Source: Takakia lepidozioides
Lineage: Eukaryota; Plantae; Bryophyta
DNA: 64,000 nt
Assembly (NCBI GenBank): GCA_030704615.1
Contig: CM060732.1
Location: 55,428,001-55,492,000, forward strand
Direction of reading: 5' to 3'
Notes under the pieces: model-generated
What the model was told of the DNA's origin: nothing
What the model saw: only the letters and a program-made list of their open reading frames with translations
Database searches by the model: none
In this document: in pieces, positions 50,765 through 63,588 of the stretch
Layout of the letters: each line of letters begins with the position of its first letter
Position numbering within the stretch: the first letter of the stretch is position 1
Position numbers and translations under genes: made by a program

Positions 50765-52416
50765 ATGAAAGACGACCGCTGGACAGGGGAATCCCACCGA
50801 ATGCTCTTCCCATCTTTAGAGAGTCGAGAGAAGGTGGTCCTGTTGAAGCCTCGACAGCAGGCATGGGAATGCAGCAGACACTACATTGAACTGGGTGAGG
50901 ATAAGGGAGGGAGTCAGGTTTCGGTAGACTTCGCAAAGGAGGACAGCAACATGACAGGGGGGCCGCTGAGAGTGGCGCTTATATGTGGTGGGCCTTCCGC
51001 CGAGCGGGGAATCTCTTTGAACTCAGCTCGCTCTGTGCTTGACCATCTGCAGGTACTTCTAGGAACGATGGGTGTAAAACTAAAAGGAACCAGCTCAATG
51101 GGACACAATTCGTCCCCAATGGATAGCTCCACACGCACTCGTCACTCCACGAGCTGCCGCGGTATGACATAGGCGAGAGATTGATAGATTGTTGATTTCT
51201 CCCACAATTGCACAGATTTCAGACCCAACTCAAATGGTGAAAATTGAGAATTATAGATTTTTTTGTGACTTGTTGAGATGTGCTGGATTCCATCAGACGA
51301 CATGTAGGCTCGATTTCATCCTCTGTATTCCAGCCCCCAGCTGCCGACCCACACATCCACCCCGCGTCCAAAAAACGTAGAAACCTCATAGAAGCGAAAT
51401 TAAAAATAATTCTTCCGTCTCGCACATGTCAGAGCAATGAGAGACAGCAAGTGCTGGTGGATATAGTTCATTCGGGAAAGTGCGCTTTGGGCCAGGCGAT
51501 GATTTGGTATACGTTGCTATTACCTGAACCGCGAATTGCAGTTTTTTGCTATCTCTACAGCGCAGGTACTGCTTCGGCTCCCACGCTTTATTTCTGAAGA
51601 TGAATTCGGTTCATCTGTGCCTATCAATGTGGAAGTGAAAATTAATGTTTAATCTAGAAAACTTACATTGTGGTTGGTGAACTTCCAAAGACTGCTCATC
51701 TGGTCGGATGACTCCAACATACCATCTGACTTTGACTTCAAGCTTGCCAGGTAGCTCACAGTTCCGAAACATTTAATAGACAAATTTCCTTATTTATAGG
51801 AGTAACTTTCTACCTGGGGGCGTGTGGCTGGATATTTGGCTGTCAAGCATCAGTTTGCTCAGTATGTGGTTGAAAATCGTGTTCACTTTCTTAAAAGTTG
51901 AGCTTATGTATCTCCTCCACTTTCCATCTCTCAGGTTTAGGTGTAACAGTGCAAGTTGGTAATTTGCAGCACAGCACAAGCCTTTGAGTCTCACTCAGAG
52001 TTTCTTAAGCACCTGTGTGCAACAGCTGACATTGTATTCCCTGTCCTCCATGGCCAGTTTGGTGAAGATGGAGGAATTCAGGTACTCTGTGAACTCTTTC
52101 TTCATCCACCATAACTATCATCTGCTTATACAGAAATGTGAGTCAGCTTCTGCAGATGCAGGTATTTCCTTTCGAATTCTATTCATCACATTTGTCCAAC
52201 CTCCACGGAGGTGGGGAGAGATGCTACAGCGTCATGAAACAGGTCACTCTCAGTTTAGGAGTCAGAACACTATAGGCTGCATTTTTGAGGACGAAATAGT
52301 TTTCTTTGGAAGTTCGAAGGGAGAGAGCTCTGAAATTCTGGATCTCATTTTGGGGCTGTGGGCATTGGTGGAGTCAGGAACTACTTGAAAGTGCAGATAT
52401 CCCCTTTGTGGGCACT
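50765..52416 (+). pseudogene. DDL: D-alanine--D-alanine ligase family gene, 5' exons only, degenerate and truncated
   Basis: Exon to 51052 reads LRVALICGGPSAERGISLNSARSVLDHLQ; 51496-51565 has indels; ~51708-51750 (SNIPSDFDFKL) has acceptor CGG and an indel; 51970-52081 reads DIVFPVLHGQFGEDGGIQ; 52378-52416 reads ELLESADIPFVGT, then homology stops abruptly. Confidence 0.88.
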
Positions 52417-55400
52417 CACCTGCTCAACCCTCATAGCAACTCTATGCCCAACGCATTCTGCTCTACTCCAAACACCAATAACAGCTGCAAAAACAACCAC
52501 ATACCCCTGTCATTTGCAGACAATGCTATCATATGACCACTCTCAGACACCCACAGCACATTGCAACTACATATCAATCACCACAAGCCACACTTTGATC
52601 CTCATTAAGCAGACCAGCTGTCACCAAAAAACACCTAACTAAGCTATAATCACAAAAAAGGAAGTGCAAACTATACAGCTCCAAGACATTAGCATCCATT
52701 CCCCTTACCATTTTCAAACTCCATCTGTGTGCACCCTGCCACCACAATCTGTCACTCAACAGAATCTCGCACCAAATAAATTCTGGCTTTGCAACAACAA
52801 TAATGTGCGAGGAAATATACCACCTACAGACATTCCACCCACAGCCTATGGTCCTCCAACATATTTTCTCCATATGTCTCATCTCATAATACCCCCTGAA
52901 GCTTATCATCTGCCCCCAAAAATTAATGATCTGCATGAAGCAAATGCCCACTCAACATGCCAAACCCTTCAATCATGCCCAGTCCTTACACTTTCAGATT
53001 ACCACAAGTACCACACCTACTTTACAAAACGTCACTAATTTATGACCACCAGAAAAATACTACCACTACAATGCCACAACCTCCTCATATATCCAATACA
53101 CCCTTAAAGCGCCTACTTACAAGCACGCCGCACTACCACCAATGTGAAATACCCTAGCTGCTACACTTAGAACCAGTCCCAGCCCTCTCAGGGAGCGCCA
53201 AGAAGGCAGCTGCAAATTAACCTTGATAGCACCAGACCTCACACCCCGCAGTCCATCAAATTCAACTACCCTGTCAAAGAAACATGCAAGAACACAGCTC
53301 TACAACAACTATATAACTACCACGAATACTTTCGTCAAGCTGCAGCCCAACTGTCCTAAACCACAACCATCTAATCCTCCCACAAAAACACTTGCTCATG
53401 TTAAACACCGCCTCAATGTATCTACTTCTCACTGCCGTTTACAAAGGCTTTACCACATGCCCCAAAGCTATTACTTCCCACAGCACACAATTGCCCCCTA
53501 CAAAAATCACAAATGGTCATCTACGTCATACCAGGACTGCAATTTAAACATACCCCCACGTACATTCTCAAAGCACAACAAAAATCTCTCTCTCTACTTA
53601 CGAGCACATATAACCCTTCCACAAAGACCCAATCAGAGACCTACACACATTTAAAAACCTAACCGCCACACACATAAATGGTGCAAAGTGAAAACATCCT
53701 GTAAAAGTCAAATGGGACCTCAATCACCAGCCTCCCTCCTTAAAAATACCCATATCCTCGGACAACTTAAGCCCCTATGTATTAGGGATTACATGTGCCA
53801 CCATGCAAAGAGGCGAAAACAAATCCCCTTCAACTTCATATCCCAGTGCCTGCAGGACTCTACTCACATAGCTCTTCCCTCTTACCCCCATAACACACAT
53901 ACTATTGTAATAGGGACTCCTTGCTATCTAAAAAGAAAACACGTAACACTATGTCAATACCACCACAGTCCAGAGGTGGACTTTGACGCATTCATATCGC
54001 TATTGTTCTGCCTGACTGAGCGCCCCAACAACTCTAAATTACTGAACCTTCTCCCTCAACTGCTTTTTCCCCTCCTCCCAAGCCACATACTACCTTATGA
54101 TTCACCAACCACGCTCATGCAGCTAGCACCAATAACTACATCCAATTCTTGATCGACCCTTGTCACAAATATGCAACATACAATACTATCTTACTGCCAT
54201 TGCTGCCACAAGCTCACACCCGCAATCACTTGTTGTTTTGACCACAACAAACAACTAAAACCATTTAACAGCCCCTTCCAAAGCAACAAAAACACATCAA
54301 CATGGATTACAAGTGACAATAGGCAAGATCCTGAATCGGGGTATAATACCGACAATGCTCTCCTGCCGACCCTCCCTAACAAATTAGTCCTATTCCAAAT
54401 AACAACCCCCACTCTGCCCTACATAGCAATAATCTCCTGCCCCCGTTGCAATTATCACGGCTTCCCCAATTTAATACTACCCCCCCTCCTCAGAGTTTTG
54501 GCTCTACACTGACGGTATCAAAGCACAATTAAGACCACATTTGCCTACTACTACACAGACACTACATTGCAACATCCACATGATATACTATGTTGTGAAA
54601 GGACCACAACTGCTGCAATTTTACCCCAGACCCCATTGTCCAGGAAATACCACCAATGCAAATCCAGCCTAACTGGGCAAACACCACATGTATGGGCAAA
54701 AAGCTGTCTTCACCCACTTACACTATTGGAGCAAAAGCAGCTACCTACAAAATCTAGCAGACTACAATCACTATACCAGCATCAATACCAACAAAAGCCA
54801 AAGGCAGCCTATAATACCCCACGGCAGCCATCATGCGGTCATATTCGACGATTGGACAGCCCTACCCGATCTCTCTTGCTACGCTTCTGTACGTTGCTGC
54901 TACCCTCCCCTGCTCATACTGTGTGCCCATCACTCCCAAGACCTCATTCTTTGCCACTGTGGACCCCTGCTAGGATGAGATTACAACAAATCACTTGGCA
55001 AACGTAGGATATCGTTTGGCACTCAACCTCGACTGAAGCATACCTCCTTGAGAGCTCCTTGAGAGCTCCTGTTGCCCGCAACCAAGCCCATGCACAGATC
55101 CAAGCCCACGGCCCCGCCCAACTTTCAAACCCATGGATATCATCCAAATAATACACTCCACATTCATCCAAGGGATAACGACTCTTTTGCCCTATCCCTT
55201 TCCTCCCCATTCACACTAAGAAACGAAATAAAAAATTATAATAAAAATAATGCAATAATTAAAAATAATGGTAATAAAAATAATTCTCATACATTCAGAG
55301 TTATGTTCATAACACATAAACTGAAACCCAACAATATTATATATATATATATACACTATTATGCCCAAATATACTACAAGCTCCTCGTATATACTTGATA

Positions 55401-58400
55401 ATACCAAGTCCCCAAAACATCTGCAGCCATACGAAACTTAGCGTACCAACCTGGGACCCCAATACAAAATATGTAATCATCCCCCAAAGACAGCAAAAGA
55501 TAGATACACCTCAAACTTTTGCCGTGCCGCAATTACTCTAAAGCTAGAACCACGCCAAATAACACCACAACCAACCATATGTTACACTCACCCCTTCATA
55601 AAATACTCATTATTCAGCTATACGGTTCAAGAACGAATATTCTATAGCCGCTGTGACATGCAAAAATATAGCTCTCAGCAGCATAAAACAACCCACACAT
55701 TCCCTGCCACTGTTCTCAACGAACAACAACAACTCTCAACTATCCTAAAAGGTAAAACAAATACTGATCCTACCATCTCCAAACAAGCTAAACAAAAATT
55801 ACAAAAATGGATGCACAATTATACAATTACGCAATTACATATACTACTCATACGATGTGAAGATATCCACCCCGACCCAGGCTCTACAAATTGACACTTG
55901 TTGCATAACACCACTAGCTACTAACCCAATCATAGATGTTGTCCATATACCAAACCACATTCAAAACATTGTTAAACGCATATCCAAAGTGGCCAAAACA
56001 AGACCATGGCATATACTTTTACCCCTCCACAACTACGCTAAAATTATAGTATAAACACCTTCCTGATATCTTTGCCCCGTTCCTACCTAAACCGTAATAC
56101 ATTCTTGACCCAGACAATACAGATGCACCTCCATATGGTATAACCACATCCGAGCACTCACTTCTTGCTCATAATAGTTACAAACTCAGATGCTATCCTA
56201 AAGACCATGTACTTTTTACATATATAATATGTATATCACCGAAACCGAAAAAATGTGACATCCTACTCTCTGAAAAACTGGAGACACGCATACTATCCAC
56301 ACTATCAAAACTCCAAACACTCCCTGAACACCCATCGCAATATAAAGCCCCACCACACCCCCTCAACTGTCTTCACAACTCTCTTGATCTCCTCCAAGCT
56401 CCACCTGGCCAAATTCACCAACTATTCACAACGTATCTGTTATCTCTCCCACCCACATCTTGCCATACCCTACAGCATATCACCATAAAGTTTCCTTTCA
56501 TATCCCCGGAGATCTTCTCTGCCACACTAAACACCTCACATGTATGCCTGGTTTTTGCACACCCAACACAACCAACCACGTCGGTTAGTCTTGTTGATAC
56601 CACACCAAACTCGCCACTAGCTATACCCCTACCTCCAACCAACCCTCCTCCTGATGAGCGAGATTACTAGATCAGCCCCTAATACGTCTCACATGGAACG
56701 TCGGCTCCATCGCCTCTAGTGTCCCTACCCTATCACTTATACTCCAAGAGCCGAATCCCCCACACATTATACTACTGCAAGAAACCAAACTCCAATCGCA
56801 TACGTCTAATACGTAAATAATAAGATATTACATAAATATCATTTGATATATGCCTCCCCTAGAAAAATACACCAGACGACGTGTCTTACCGTATCAACCA
56901 GCTCGGCGAGGAGTTGCAATTGGAATACACAAATCCATGCACATGCAAGATACAACCTCCAAGATTACTATCCCAGCTCACCTCAAAACCCACCTACAAA
57001 TAGTGCAAATACACATCGGTCCCTATCCAAAATTCAGTATTATCCATCTATATATGCCCTCACATCCGGATGATGCACCAATTACCCAAGACATACTACA
57101 ACAAATTGCAGATTTCTCCAATAACCCAATTAACTCCTCCTCTGTAATCTTTCTTGCAGGAGACTTCAACAGAGACCTAACCCTACATGGCAGACTGTAT
57201 AACGGGGTACATTTCCCTCCCTCGTTAAAAAAATATAGAGTGGACATCCTACACCCAAAATCTTGGATTCCGGTACATCCCCTCAAACCAACCTTTCTCA
57301 AGGTAAGGAGGACTGGACTATACCTCACATAGTCTCATTAATGGCTACTATCTCAAAACACCTAACGACAACCCCAGACATCAATCGCGCAATTTGCAAG
57401 GGCCATTTAATGAGGGCTAAGGTGTGTCTTGTTGTAATTGGAATGTGGTTATAGGGCACTGTGGACTCATGAAAGCGGTTATATAACCGTCTGTGTATAG
57501 GTTGAGCGGAATGTGTGGTTCTTAGAAGGGTTACAATGTTACTTGTTTGCGTGTTTTGGGTTTTAAACAGATTGTTGAATGTGGCGTTTGGCCGCAGGTC
57601 CTTCAGTGCTGCATGTGCATACATTGGCTGTCACTTATATAGGTGAGGTCGTGTATAGTTGGCCAGGTATTCATAGTAATTTTTTGTTTGTGTAGCATTT
57701 GGGGGGTAAGGTGGTGTGTGTAGGGTAGGGGAGGTGGTCAAGCATCGAGGGAGCCAGTGCTGGCATGGGGCTGTGTGCTAGGGGTAGTTGTTATAGCTAG
57801 TACTTCCTTAAAAAAATTCAGAGGTCCGTGAATGTATCTAGTCTGTTTTATGGGGAGAAAACTTTGGCATTGAAGTAACCAACATGTATAGTGATAGGAA
57901 GACCTTGAAGCAATCACAGCACAATACTATATGACCCCATATATAACTCTGACCACTACCCAGTTCTCCTCCGCATTCCATCATATATTATACCAATAGG
58001 TCCAATCTTGAACGATCTCTCATTGGATACAAGACCTCGAATACCTACTCCTATCTCGCCCTTGTCCATCCTGGCTTTCCAGACTAAATTTAGATCCATA
58101 TCCTCCACAACCATCTCGGAACTACAAACTATACTAGACCGATGCTCGTTGAACCCCCCCTCAGATCTGGGATGAGGCGAGCTCTAAACTACAACAAATT
58201 TTTACTCAAATCACAGAATGCATGTTAGACACGTGTATAGTGGCTCACACCTCCACCCCCCCCCCCCCGACTGGAAGATCCAAAATAAATGGAGGATACC
58301 TAACTAGAACGCAGCAAAGACAGTGGCAAAAAGAACTAAACACACATCACACAGTCTGAAAAGCTATTACAGTACTCTCAACCACTCCACGAGACCCCGG

Positions 58401-59145
58401 AGAAATGCCCCACATATCACAGCCCTCCATACAATCCCTGCATGTTATACAGCTTTCCCGGTACCTCAGGATGATGATGACATTCAAACATGGATTAAAT
58501 CAATCTCCAAAATTGGCGCCAAAAAAGCTGCTTATAATATTACCAAAGAGCAAGCTCGACATAATCAAAAAACAATTATCCAATCATATTGTAAAATGTT
58601 GCAAGAAAGCCTCGTGTCATTCATAAATCAATCTTCAACTCTTCCCCCTCTCTCCCTTTACAAGCGATCTGGGACATAGCTGGAATCCTACACACTTCCT
58701 CAAACTCAATAAACAAAATCATTTACCAACAGGCCTCAGCCATGTACCAACCACAAACCCATGCATGCTTCCAGCCCTCCTCTCATATACAACACTGTGC
58801 ATGCCAAGCTCATCACTGATCCATGGCATGACATCGATGGTTTCAAATTAGAACGAAGAGGCCCTCTGAACATAGACCTTAGTGCATCCCTCACCCCCGA
58901 AATCTATCACACATGTCTTTATCCAACTCTAAAGCACCTGGTCCAGATAATATACCTAATGAGATTCTCAAAGCATTAGACCCACATTTACATCGATTAA
59001 TCTTCCGATTCTTTCTACTATGCTATTAGCTACATCGAATACCCAAACCTTGGAAAAATAACAGAATAATACTGATTTATAAAAAAGATGACCCCACTCA
59101 ACTTGGTAATTACAGACCCATAGCCCTTGTTAATACCATATATAG
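52417..59145 (+). mobile_element. Compound, decayed LINE region (APE endonuclease plus start of RT; upstream part may be the 3' end of another LINE)
   Basis: TWNVG..., LLQETKL, HLYMP, AGDFN and SDHYP (56690-57965); KAPGPDNIPNE...LIYKKDDP..LGNYRPIAL (58930-59140); strong C/A strand skew; RNase H-like LYTDG at ~54502. Confidence 0.8.
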
Positions 59146-59388
59146 TCACAACAGTCTAATCCTAAAAGAAAACCTTAAACTACCTCATTAATATACCACC
59201 CCCCTATTACGAACATTACACCTCACGGCCATCACTTTACTAACAGCCATTATTCTCAACAAAAGAAAGATTAAAAGCGGCCAGCTTGCCGCTTAGTAAC
59301 TAGTTCTTGTTACCATAGAGCCCACCCTCGAAAAGGGACAATACCCACATGGGGAAGAGGCTCTTATTTACACTAGCTTCGACTGGCG

Positions 59389-59390
<2 letters not shown>

Positions 59391-59420
<30 letters not shown>
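59391..59420. repeat. (AT)15 microsatellite
   Basis: Read directly from the sequence. Confidence 0.95.
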
Positions 59421-59423
<3 letters not shown>

Positions 59424-60126
59424 CATGCTCACGTGAGCACAAGGGCATATTCCCCGAATTCCCGGAAAATTTCCAAGAAATTTCCACAACGAAATGAAAT
59501 TGACGAAATTAACAATTATGCGAAACTAACACATTAGACCAAGTAGCCCCTATACCTGATGAACATGTTATCCTATAGGCGTGGTTTTTTCTCCATACGA
59601 GAGATTGGGCGGTAAGGATTCACCTCAAAAAAAAAAAAAAAAAAAAAACTCCCATGGATAATTTTGCACTGCGAAATTCCGCCTGAGAAGCAATCACATT
59701 GTGGCTAAAATGATGAATAGGTCACTTTTCAAGCCCCCACCCATTCCTTTTAGATGTAGGATTTCTGGGTGATAGGATTTCTCAATGCAAAACCCACCGC
59801 TTGCTTCGTTTGTGCCTGTATCACCAAGTGTTTCTTAGTGCGAAATTCACCGCTGCTTAGTTTGTGCCCATATCACCAAGTATTTCTCAGTGTGAAATTC
59901 ACTGCCGCCACTACAGGTTTAGGGTTTTTGGCTACACTACTGAAGGTTTCGCCTCTCTGAATTGACGCAAATGTACTCTACAAATGTACCAGTCCTCTAT
60001 ACCCGCTTATGGTTTAATTCCGTTTTGAGAACATATAACTCATATAACCAAGGTTTAAAAACATAAAACTTCCATGACCATGGGTTGTGCTCACGCGAGC
60101 GTGCTCGTGCTCACGTGAGCATGCAC
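59421..60126. mobile_element. MITE-like segment bounded by ~20-bp inverted repeats rich in CACGTG
   Basis: gagcatgctcacgtgagcacaa (59421) is inverted relative to 60085-60106 and 60107-60126. Confidence 0.45.
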
Positions 60127-60443
60127 ACACTGTGCTCACGGATACCAACCCTCATGTGGGCCCCACGTGCGGGCCGTCCCACATCTCCACCCTCGTTCCC
60201 AGTGGCTTAAACGTGTGACAACCCTTGCGTGAGGCCCTTACCCTACACGAAGCAGGATGAAAAAATAATGAGAAAAAAATAATTCAAAAAACTTTCAGGG
60301 GTCCAGATCGATGATCTAAGCCAACTTAGTATAACAAGCAGCTAGTCGCGTAATGGCTCCATCCTTATAAATAAATATTGAAGCCCACTCACATAATGGT
60401 ATATGTAAATTTAATGTAATTTTAACGAATTAAATTTTTTCAT

Positions 60444-60840
60444 TCAGTCATTACTTGGAACATAATGATATGTAGGCACATGACTAGGTAGCTTAAACGC
60501 AATAAATATTGGTTTGTGATCGCTCCAATATGACTCAGTAGGTCCACATATATATTGTTGGTTTGGAGCATTTGTCCAAATGTAATCAAGTTGTGAACCG
60601 TAGATAGTAATACGCTTGGAAAATTGAAATTTCATGTGATAAATATTCATAAATTGTTGCAATTGTTTTGATGACGAGGATTTATGTCATAAATTTATCC
60701 ATATTAAAATCTGTTATGATGATTGTAGGACAAAATTATGGGGCTTCATGAAGAATTGTTCTAGGACAAGATAAAAATGTATTTAACAAAAGAGATGAGG
60801 TCTACATACTGCAACAACATGAATATTTTTTCTTGCATTT
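60444..60840 (-). pseudogene. C-terminal apurinic-type endonuclease fragment of Helentron/Helitron2 type
   Basis: IIITDFNMD...ITIYGSQLDYIWTN...YWSDHKPIFIAFKLP followed directly by a stop. A C-terminal EN position is typical of Helentron Rep-Hel-EN proteins rather than LINEs. Confidence 0.6.
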
Positions 60841-61620
60841 ATATTAAAAAAATGTTATTATATATTCTACATCATTAAAATTATCATTTAAGTCCAGGGG
60901 ATGCGCGGTGAGTTCGGCCAGTTTGGTCAAAAGACAAGGTGAACAGGGTGGAAGCGGGCCCACAAAGTACAAGCGAGATAAAGATGGGGCCAAACTCAAA
61001 ATAGCAGGAAAAACCAGCCCAAATGTGTTTGATCTTGTCTTCTTCCGCGCGGCGCCCCGCGCTGAGACACATGGATGAGCCTGACGCAGGGCCCACGCTC
61101 CCATCATGTTGACCCTTCCCACATTTCCAACTGGCACAAGGCCAGGCCACTTTGTTCCTCTCTCGTGCCCAGTTTACTCGAATCATGCCCATTTTTTTAT
61201 TGGACTTAACGGATAGGCTCAAACTACCCACCAAAGCCGCATGTGAGGATGGATCAGAAGATCAAAGAGGGCGGGACTTAACGGATAACTTTATTGTGTA
61301 CAAATATTTTGCTGGCTGATAATAATATAATAGTATCATACAATATCATTGTACCATGACTACCATGATTTCGAAGATTTCAAGCTCCATAGGTGTTGAT
61401 CCGTACTGGTTCAATGGAACATGTGTACCCTCATCGTATCTTGGTAGCGCCCCTTCAATCTTTTGGGTCAAACATCAATTGGGTTGCGTAAAATCACTTC
61501 TCCTTGAATTTTCTTCTTCAATCTTCTTTTGAAGTTGTCTAATGCTTCTGCAGGACTCATATCTTCGATCTGGACTTGAAGATTCAGAAAACCCTCAATA
61601 TAATTTTGCACACAAGGTGT

Positions 61621-61985
61621 TGTCACGGACATAGCCCAGAGGAACTTACCAAGAGTAAGTACCAGAAGTTACCAAGTTACCAAAAATTATCGTGATATAC
61701 CATGATCTATCATAAGTTACCATTAGTTACCAAGTTACCAAGTTATCGGAAGTTTACCAAATTATCGAGAATAACTTGGGAAACTGCTCAGGAAGCTTCC
61801 TTTGGAGAAAACTTCTCCATCAAGATACCTCATTTGTTTAAGAAAACTTCTCCATAAAAAAACCTTTGTTTAACCTTGGAAACTTCTCCATCAAGAAACC
61901 TCATTTGGGAAAGCCTCTTAGGGAATCTCCTAGTAGCCAGTATATATAGGAGGCGAGACTGAACACTCTTCAGTCTCGCCAACAC
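61621..61985 (+). mobile_element. Truncated LTR-like fragment
   Basis: Starts TGTCACGG; AAGTTACC and AAACTTCTCCAT tandem motifs; TATA at 61941; 12-bp perfect hairpin at 61952-61980. Confidence 0.45.
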
Positions 61986-61986
61986 A

Positions 61987-62300
61987 CACTACAAGAGATG
62001 AACGTTTTTAGGACTACGGCTTTGGCGGAGTCATAAAAACTGCACTAGGTAGATGACTACAAAGCGCTGAAATGCATTGCAGTCATAGTTTTATGACTTT
62101 GTAGTAATGGATATCACTACATGACTCCGGAAAGTGAGGGAGCATTGGTCAAACATTATTGACCATGATGACAGGGATGGTTTATATGACTAGTGTGATA
62201 TGTTTGACTACACGTGGACGACGTTTCATGGAATCTTATGACTCCATGACTGAAGATGGTTTCACAGCTCTATTTATACGACTACATCACTACACGTGTC
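61987..62300 (+). mobile_element. CACTA (En/Spm) terminus with ATGACT subterminal repeats
   Basis: CACTACAAGA followed by several ATGACT/AGTCAT motifs in both orientations. No convincing partner end. Confidence 0.45.
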
Positions 62301-62458
62301 ATTTTGAAGGCACATATAATGCAAATAAGGTTGCCCATTAGGTTTTAAAAAGTTAAAAAATTGCTAATAAGGTTGTCCATTAGGGTAATCGTGAACAGAA
62401 AGGAGGGCTGGGACTTGGCCTTTTTTTGTCTCCTGCGCCACACCACATAGCCGAGGGA

Positions 62459-62527
62459 TGGAACGCGATGATAGCAGGATATACAGGGGCGTGGGATGGA
62501 GGCGTTGAGCAAATGATGCACGAAGGA
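62459..62527 (+). pseudogene. ~70-bp relic of one P-type PPR motif
   Basis: tggaacgcgatgatagcaggatat...gggatggaggc...gagcaaatgatgcacgaagg matches the repeat unit at 15.3-16.7 kb with small deletions. Confidence 0.65.
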
Positions 62528-63142
62528 GAAGAAGAGGAGGAGACGAGACGAGGAGAAGCGAGCTCGCCGTTCTTGGGAGAGTCAGCTTGGTCTTAGCATG
62601 CGTGTTTCAATCTCTGACTACTTAGCTACGCCGTAGTGATTCGATCTCACAGACCAATCCGACATTACCTAACTACAGACACAAGCAACACACACAAGAG
62701 GTCCTTTTAGGTTGATGGTCGGTCAAATCCTCCATGGGTCAGGACAGGTCAAGGACATTGTGGTAGGGTGCCTTCTTCTTCAACCTATTTCAGCCTGTGT
62801 TGCCCTCTCATCAGACTCGGCCGCAAGATGCATATTGAATTCTGTAAGTTAGGTCGTTGGATAGATCTGTGGTGGTTTGGAATGACTTTGGCAAGTTACT
62901 GCCAGTGTGGCAGCATGGAAGTATCCAAAAACATATAATAGAGGTGAGGAGAAGCTTTGGGGTGAACACTTTCCGACCCCAGTCAATGGTGGGACAATGG
63001 AGACAAAAAGGCGAATGCCTGTTGGACTACAGAGAGAAGCAGATGCATTTCAGATTGTGATAAGTAGGGTTGGGGTGTTTTGGGGAAGAACTCCACACCA
63101 GTATGGTTGGGGTGTTTGCTGGTAGAATTCTAGGCTGTCAGA

Positions 63143-63588
63143 GGCATGGATAGCTGAAGGAGCAGGGATAGAGTGTGGGTCCAAATTCATCCAAGAGGGC
63201 TGGATTTCAAGCTCCACATTACCTATGATTCCCTGTGGAAGGATAGCTACAAGAAACCTACATGGGTAGATGGTCAACTGGAAGCGGCAACAGCAGCAGC
63301 ACAATTGATAAGGTCAGGCACTTCTACTGAAGGCACCTCCTTCAGCACATTTCACCCTGTTTTTCCCTCTTATCCGTTTCTTGCGAGCTGTCTTCTCTTA
63401 TCTGTTTGTCTGCCCAGTCTTCAGTGAATGCGTCAAGGCTTTGTGTTTTGGCTTCTTCCTCGCTTTTGTCACCCTCTCCCATGAATATCTCTGGTTGGCG
63501 CTCAAACCCTGCTGAGCTGTAGATGTTGTCCATGCCAATGCGAATGTGGACCCACACATCTATCCCTGCTCCTTCAGCTATCCATGCC
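63143..63588. repeat. ~46-bp inverted repeat pair with ~350-bp spacer
   Basis: 63143-63188 versus 63542-63588: one mismatch and one indel. Confidence 0.85.
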
